This document shows positions 57,592 through 64,000 of a stretch of 64,000 nt of DNA, one piece after another. The notes under the pieces are model-generated. The model was not told where the DNA came from, searched no databases, and worked only from the letters and a program-made list of their open reading frames with translations. The DNA is from Chrysomallon squamiferum (Eukaryota; Animalia; Mollusca), in assembly GCA_012295275.1 (NCBI GenBank), contig CM022667.1, forward strand, positions 11,780,001 through 11,844,000, written 5' to 3'. The position numbers and the translations under genes were made by a program. Positions within the stretch are counted from its first letter, which is position 1, and every line of letters starts with the position of its first letter.

Positions 57592-60500
57592 TTTTATCAT
57601 TTTGTTTTTATAATTTTTGATTTATTTTAATATTTATCTCAATTTTTTTTTATTATTACTTTTTTCTTCGTATTTTCTGTTATACTTTATTTCATGTTAT
57701 TTTATATTTTCTCTTTTAGACCCAAGAAGTTCAGTTGAAAGTAGATGAGTTAGAACGGGAAATACAGCAACTACAAAGTCGATACACTGCACAAGCAAGA
57801 GAGGTGAGTTCTCAATTTTTATTTATTTTTACGTTCTACGTAATATTTATTTTAACTTACCTAGCTGTCATATTTTATCTTCAAATTATTATTTTTTTAT
57901 TATTTTTAACTCTCATTAAAATACATTATTATTAATATTTTATTTTAATTATATTACAATTATATTAATGGTTATTATTATGATTTATTTTTATTAATGT
58001 TTCTGTTGTCATTGTTATTTAGCTGCTGTTACTGTTGAAATTTCTTTTTATTTTACTTTATTTTATTTTGTTTTGTTTTGTCAGGTTGACAGACTGCAGA
58101 CAGATCTACAGGAGCGAGATTTGGCGAGTGGACAGCAGGAGACGATGTACAAGTCGGAGATCGCAGACAGGGAGGAGGAAATCTCCCGAATGAAGGCAGA
58201 AATCAACGTCTTACACGAACAGCTGGCGCAGTTTGACGGGCAGGTATTTAACCACAAAACGTTTTATTCAAACATTTATTTTAGTTAATGATCATAATGT
58301 TGTTTTTTGATACACTAAGGGGTAGTAGTTAACATTTTCTTCAGTAATGCATGTTTCAGAATTTCAGTGCAAAATACAAAATATAACACAATTTTGTTTA
58401 ATCTGTAGTTTTCCTAAATTGTAGTCAGTGTCTGTAATTAAAGTCTTGAAAATATAATTTTCTCTGGATATCAGACTTTTCCTATTCTCATAACTGATGT
58501 AGCTAAGTCTTTTCTTTGTTAGAAAGTTATACACACACACACACATATTTATATATAAAATATAACTATTATTTTTTTTTTTTTTATTTTTTTTTAAACT
58601 TTTTTTTTAAAATGGTGATATCTATAACATAAGTCTAATATTTTTTCAGGTTATTTTTAATATAGAAATGTAATAAGATGTCTTTAACCATTTATTTAGT
58701 TATTCATTTATATTTCTTTAATGTCAGAAGGTTGTGATCAGTTCTGTCAAGATTAAAATGTGTTTCTGTGAGAACAAATGAGTTGATTATATGTCAGATT
58801 ATCTTTGTATTAGTCTGGGGTTTTTTTTGTGTTAAAACATATTTCTCTATATTAAAATGTGTTTCTCTGTGTTAAAATACATTTGTGTTATAGATGGCTT
58901 CCAGTCAACTACTGAGTCAGGTTCTCTTTGTATTAGTCTGTTTTTTCTATATTAAGATACGTTGGTGTTAAAAATGTGTTTCTCTATATTAAAATGTGTT
59001 TCTCTGTGTTAAAATACATTTGTATCATAGAAGGCATCCAAATGAGTCAACTTCAGAGTCAAGTTCTCTTCGTATTAGTCTGTTTTTTCTATATTAAGAT
59101 ACGTTTGTGTTAAAAAAGTGTTTTTCTGTGTTTTATAATGTGTTTCTCTGTATTAAAATGTGTTTTGGTGTTGAAATATGTTTTGTGTTGTAGATGGCGT
59201 CTAGAGATGAGCAGGTGAGTCGACTGCAGAGTCAGATTCGTCTGCTGCAGGATGATGTCACTGTGCATGAAACAACCATACAGAAAATGGACATAGAGCT
59301 GATGAATGTGAAGGAAGAAAAACGCAGACTGGAAGATGCGGTATTACATTTTGTTTTTTGTTTTTAAAATTTAATGTAATTTGAAGAAGAGAAAGAGTGG
59401 GAGTGTAAGAGAAAGGAGGATATTGTGTGTATGGGGTGCATTTTCTATCTTCTACTCATCAAATGTATAAAATGATAATTTTTACTAAATAAAAATAGAT
59501 CAATTTTGAACTTAAAATGTGTAATACATAAATAAATAAATAAATAAAATAAATAATTCACTTCTCTGTTGTTGCTATAGCTACAAAGAAAGGAGATAAC
59601 TCTACATCAGATTAGTCAGGATCTGATGCAGGCTAAAGAACAGTACAGTGATGCTATAGAAGAAAATGGCCGACTAGAGGCAAGGATCCAGGCATTTGCC
59701 ATCAACTCGCAGAGTGAACAAGACGTCCTTAGTACAGAGGTGAGAGTTAATTAAGAGCTGGTAATCTCTCTAGTACATACTAGTGAATGCTGAGTGTTAA
59801 TGTGTGTGAAATATTGATGTGAGAATACAGAAAAGAGAATTAGTATATACAGAATCTGAGAATTATCTGGTAATACAGAAATGAAATTGTGCTTTATTTT
59901 TTTTATGTTTGCAGTATTTGGTACAGTCAGTTTGATTAGTCTGTTTTGTGGAAATAATAATTGTAAATAATCGATTTTGGAAAATAAAGAAAAAATAAAT
60001 AAAATAAAATAAAAAAGCAGCAAAAATTTGATATTAAGACATACAAAATTATGAGCATCAGGCACTAAAAATAAAGCCATAATGTTTGTGCTGCAGGCTA
60101 AACAGTTTTATATTTAAAAAAATAATATTTGTGTTTGCCAGGTGAAAAGGCGAGAAGAAGCAATCAAACGACTCAAGATGGAGCACATGAACCTGCAGGA
60201 AACAAATAGTCAGTATGAAGAAAAGGTATTAACACCTGGATTATCCTTTAATGCTGTAATCCCAGTTTATAAAACTGTTTTCAGAAACTTATCCTCCTTA
60301 GAAACATCATCTATAATACTGAGTAGTATTTCCAAAAACATTTTAAGCAGTAACTTAATTCTTTAATATGTGGCTATTGTTTTTGTAAATGTTACCAGAG
60401 GTGAGCTTTTTTTATTTTCAAAACAGAATTTTTTTTTTATTTTTATATAGTAGAATTTCTTAACAACTTTGTACATTATTAGAGAGAAAGAGAGAGGACT

Positions 60501-61127
60501 GAAGTAGGAGAGTTTCTACATCTATCTGTGTATGTTTAATTGCAGGTGTCGCAGTTAGAAAGAGAAATAGATCAAGGTAGAATGAATCTGAGAGCAGCAC
60601 AGAACGAGGTAAAAGTCATGTTGTAATACTATTCACATAGTCGTAAAATAATCTATAGTAGTATACAAACAAACTAAACCTGCCGTTGTTCCTCTTTTAA
60701 GATTCAAAGTTCCTTAATTATGAATTAAACTCCACGATTTCGACCTATCATAATTCTTTTTCAAAATGTTTCATTTAAGACACCATCTTCTTACATCTAA
60801 TTTTTCCTATTTTTCACCTATCCTCTGAACTTAAAAAAAAAAAAAAAAAAAACACCTCCAAAGGACATGTTTCAACCTGCACAGTAATTTCTAGAAGCTA
60901 AGACATGAAAAGCGGAAGTTAATGTTTTGTTTTCAAATTGTGCAGATTGAGATGAAGAAGGCAGCCATGCAGAATCTGGAGAGCAGTTTGGAGGAGCAGA
61001 AGAAACGAGTAGGGCAGCATCAAGACGAGATCGCCAAGCTGGAGGACAGAATCAGAGAGATGAACATTCAGCTGACTTCAGTCAATTCTGAAGTGGACAA
61101 ACTGCATCATGATGTAAGCATTCATTT

Positions 61128-61207
<80 letters not shown>

Positions 61208-62246
61208 CAGATACAGATACAGATACAGATACAGATACAGATACAGATACAGATACAGATACAGATACAGATATAGATATAGATATAGATACAGATAGAG
61301 ATATAGATATATATATGTATAGTATGTATCTACATCCATCCATCTATATGTGTGTGTTTTTTGAGTGTTGAAGACAGTATTATTACATTATAGTAAACTT
61401 ATCATTATGACATAATATGTTTAATTATGATAATATTTGTATGACAATATATTTATAATAATGATGATAACAGATTACTTAAAATCATAACATTATATTT
61501 AGAATTATGATAATACTTGTGTGAAGGTATATACTTAAAATTATTCCTTTTTAAGTTACATAATGTCATGCTTGAATATGATATTTTATTATATTTAAAA
61601 CTGTACTGTCATAATAATTATGGAATATAATTGTCCATCCCTAACATCAGTGTTATTTAATTATATCTTTATATGAATTAAAGTAGTTTATTGTAAATAA
61701 ATATCGACTTTATTTTTGCTTTTTGTTTTAATATTTATATTTTTGTTTTCATACTTTGATGTTTAATTAATCCTAATAAATTATATATGTATTCAGGTTT
61801 AATCTAACATTTATTCTTTGTAATTACTATTTAAATAAAATGTGTTTGACTGTTTTAGATTGGTGCCAAGGAGGATGTCATTCATCAGCTTCGTGGTGAT
61901 CTTGAGCAGCTACAACGACAGCAGAAAGAAACCATTAACAAAGTAAAATCAATGAGAAAATTAACAAAACTCACCACCCAGTATTTTTATTTTATTTTAT
62001 TTTATTTATATGTTTAGATGTTTTGTTCATAGAATTGTGTAAAATATAATATTAGTTTGTCTGTTTGTTGAAGATTTTTCTCGATTAGATCATCATTTAT
62101 GATCTTTTTTTTGTTTATCATTCTTGATACATTTTTGGATAATAAATCAGGAAAATATGTTATGAGAAATAATAGAACATTTTGTTTTAAACATTCAAAA
62201 ATATTTTTTCTCAGTTTCCTATCATTCTATATTTCAAAAATTTTAA

Positions 62247-62287
<41 letters not shown>

Positions 62288-62526
62288 CTTTATTGTTATT
62301 TTTTTTTATTTTTTATTTATCTATTTTTGGCATTCGTTCTTTCTGTTTAACATTTATTATTAGAAATATATTCTCTTTGTTGTTTGTTTTTGGTGCTTGT
62401 TGATATGTTTATTAACTACTAATTCAGTATTTAATGTTACAGGTTATTGTTAGGGATGAAAACATTCAGAAACTAAACGGTGACATTGGCCGACTGAAAG
62501 CAAAATATCAGGAGAAACAACAAGAA
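26113..62526 (+). CDS. Gene B: very long coiled-coil protein (partial, >930 aa, at least 25 exons, continues past the window), PMFBP1/CCDC18-like (tentative)
   Basis: Frame-consistent GT-AG exons: 26113-26295, 26933-27082, 39944-40027, 40666-40797, 41927-42000, 43495-43612, 44017-44115, 44490-44636, 45258-45341, 46158-46241, 47190-47348, 48277-48339, 52642-52725, 53574-53657, 56435-56509, 57245-57391, 57720-57803, 58085-58243, 59194-59340, 59581-59739, 60142-60225, 60546-60608, 60946-61113, 61859-61942, 62443-62526. A probable further acceptor lies at ~63992-63995. No stop codon is reached. N-terminus includes EFKGLYEGKLRRLD...RILQAYVNDLSKQNEVLVQTVEELEKEA. Confidence 0.87.
27095..27200. repeat. 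40-bp tandem repeat (~2.7 copies) just after the gene B exon 2 donor
   Basis: agttattaacacaa at 27095, 27135 and 27175. Confidence 0.9.
27757..27887. repeat. Second array of the 30-bp tatatttcagttatttattggttactg minisatellite
   Basis: Same unit as 24050-24605, ~4 copies. Confidence 0.8.
31335..31570 (+). mobile_element. 5'-truncated SINE (Meta/MESC-domain type, molluscan)
   Basis: tttctcgttccagccagtg...aaaggctgttgtatg...tcctctctgtgggatg...aaaaggtttcttactgctaa...tagccca...ccttaaccat...taaaacatttcct matches my recollection of gastropod Meta-domain SINEs. It is homologous to 49200-49410 within this window. Confidence 0.7.
33517..33654 (+). CDS. Candidate alternative first coding exon of gene B (46 aa, SP-rich, KRVTW motif)
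   Basis: ATG-initiated, non-repetitive MDYMEDYYHRTPVRSPRPSPATSPSRSPNFNKRVTWKEPIEQLSFS, ending at a consensus phase-0 GTAAGT donor compatible with exon 39944. A CpG-retaining region lies upstream at 32630-33190. Confidence 0.6.
38575..38745 (-). mobile_element. Decayed SINE fragment, reverse orientation
   Basis: gattggcagcaagcaatctttttatg is the reverse complement of the SINE core (cataaaaagatcccttgctgctaatc-like). Confidence 0.4.
41711..41800. repeat. (CT)n microsatellite
   Basis: Direct reading. Confidence 0.95.
43250..43470. repeat. ~41-bp tandem repeat upstream of the acceptor at 43494
   Basis: ttacatgataaaaatatctctcttagaaagtatataaaa, ~4-5 copies. Confidence 0.8.
46580..47189. repeat. 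~115-120 bp minisatellite, ~5 copies, ending in the acceptor of exon 47190
   Basis: Recurring ttttaattttaatttagtttcatctatattataaagaacactttaaaa...catttatt block. Confidence 0.88.
49200..49410 (+). mobile_element. Decayed tRNA-headed SINE copy (same family as 31335-31570)
   Basis: A-box-like head gggtgtagctttgtgataagc, then ttctagccagtg...tatgtactatcctgtttgagggatggtacatataaaaaatactttactgctaagcggaaagagtagcc. Confidence 0.65.
49605..49772 (+). mobile_element. Possible additional decayed SINE 3' fragment
   Basis: tgtggagggatgtacaaaagatctggtgctgttaa resembles the core, followed by a SINE-tail-like tgtcatccaacagc...aatcagtgttttgtagagg. Confidence 0.35.
52470..52581. repeat. (CA)n microsatellite
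   Basis: Direct reading. Confidence 0.95.
53230..53540. repeat. 45-bp minisatellite (~6-7 copies) upstream of the acceptor at 53573
   Basis: ccattgttaa at 53275, 53320, 53365, 53410, 53455 and 53501. Confidence 0.9.
58740..59240. repeat. Degenerate tandem triplication (~135-165 bp) covering the acceptor and 5' end of exon 59194
   Basis: attaaaatgtgtttctctgtgttaaaatacatttgt..tag ATGGC...gagtcag blocks at ~58850, ~58990 and ~59150. Confidence 0.8.
61147..61310. repeat. Compound microsatellite (AG)n-(AGATAC)n-(AGATAT)n
   Basis: Direct reading. Confidence 0.95.
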
Positions 62527-64000
62527 GTAAGTGTGTCTGTTATTCTGTTCATCACCGCAAAATAAAATTAAATGTTGCCTTTAAGCATCAGTTTAACAGG
62601 CTTAACAGTGTTTATGTTAAAATGCAGATTACAGTTGATAGATAAAAATCAAAATTACACTAGCATTATTTTGAAAATGTTATGATTTAACTGATTTTAA
62701 AAACTTTTTATTTGATTATATATATATTGATGTAATCTATTTTGCATTGTTTTGGCTGTTATATACATTTTTTTTTATTCCATTTTATTGTTTTTGTTTT
62801 TGTTTTTGTTTTGTTGTGGGTTTTTTTGTTGTGTTTTTGCCTTACAGAATTTTAAATGCTACCTTAGCAGATAATTATCTAATTTGCATTTAGCCACTAT
62901 AATATTTATGTATATTTATGGTCCTGCAAAATAATAATTTTTAGTATGTACTGCTAATGTCTTAGTTACCAAGTTTCCTATTTAAAAAAAAAATAATTAA
63001 AAGAGTTAAATAAAGTTGATAAATCTGTGATAATTTGTGGTTTCCAGTTACGTGCATGCACACTTGAGGTATGTCATTTCACAAGCACCTGTATATGTTG
63101 TACTTTGCACCAGTAGTTTTATATATATTTGTAGTAAATGCTTAAATATTTATATATATTATTTTTTTTAATATATGGAACTGTAGTTACTAATAACATG
63201 TAGCATTGCACCTTAATTAACTAGTCTGAAAATGAACGACATTGAGAGAAAACAGGATATTAATAGAAAACAAGTGTAATCAAAACTGTTTTAATTTAAA
63301 AAAATATATAATACTAACAATAAATAATTTAAAAATAAAATAAAATTAAATTAAATTAAAATAAAATTAAATAAATAAATATACATATATTTGAATTTTT
63401 AAAAAAGAAGAATAATTAGGTAAATGTAAAGGACATGGTCAAATTTAAAAACGTTCATAAAAAAACATTTAAGTGAAAAATTTATATTCGCCGATACTTT
63501 TATATTAATTGAGTTTCACTAAAATTCAATGTAAATAAATTTGTACAGACTAAAGCAGTGGTTCTTTTAAGCAGAGATAAATACACAGCTTGGACTATAA
63601 GACACCCTCAGTTTCATTTCTGTAGCTTTGAGTGAATTTTCTGAAAATACCAGGGTCATTATTGTAAAATTTTGAAGTGTACACTGCAGTTAAAATAAAT
63701 GAGCTGCACTGAAATGATCCTCATTTTTTTGAACCTATTCCTGAAATATACTAAAGATAATTTTATTTTTGTACCAAGCACCTTAATAATATATTTTAAA
63801 AGTTAAAACTTGAGTCACAGATACTGATTTTAGGATATGTTTAGGTTCAAATGCACTGATGTAGTTAGTTTGTTTTGTTTGTATTTATTTTTATATATGT
63901 TTGTGTGTGTGTGTTTTTATATTTATCTGCTTTATTAATGTTGAACAAAGATTTTGCTTGAAAAGATTTTTGAAATTGATGTTTATCTCTAGCAGTTTAT

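Overview
AT-rich, microsatellite-dense animal genomic DNA, probably a mollusc (gastropod-like), judged from SINE fragments resembling the Meta/MESC domain. It is not prokaryotic, and most ORF-track entries are simple-repeat artefacts. The window holds: (1) a divergent class A GPCR with a single coding exon on the minus strand (61-1095); (2) a ~2.9 kb 15-bp satellite and a hAT-like MITE in the divergent intergenic region; (3) two tandem, co-oriented paralogous genes for long coiled-coil proteins. Gene A (11618-24704) has 18 coding exons, ~1010 aa, and is complete. Gene B (from 26113) has at least 25 coding exons and >930 aa, and runs off the window end. They share an N-terminal module and their first intron position, and resemble PMFBP1/CCDC18-like proteins (recalled, not searched). 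The most notable patterns are: coiled-coil exons that are phase 0 and 7n or 7n+4 codons long; a candidate alternative first exon of gene B with SP/TP sites and a PP1-type KRVTW motif; and repeated local duplication of splice junctions that leaves decoy acceptors and donors next to real exons. All exon models were read by eye and need RNA-seq confirmation.
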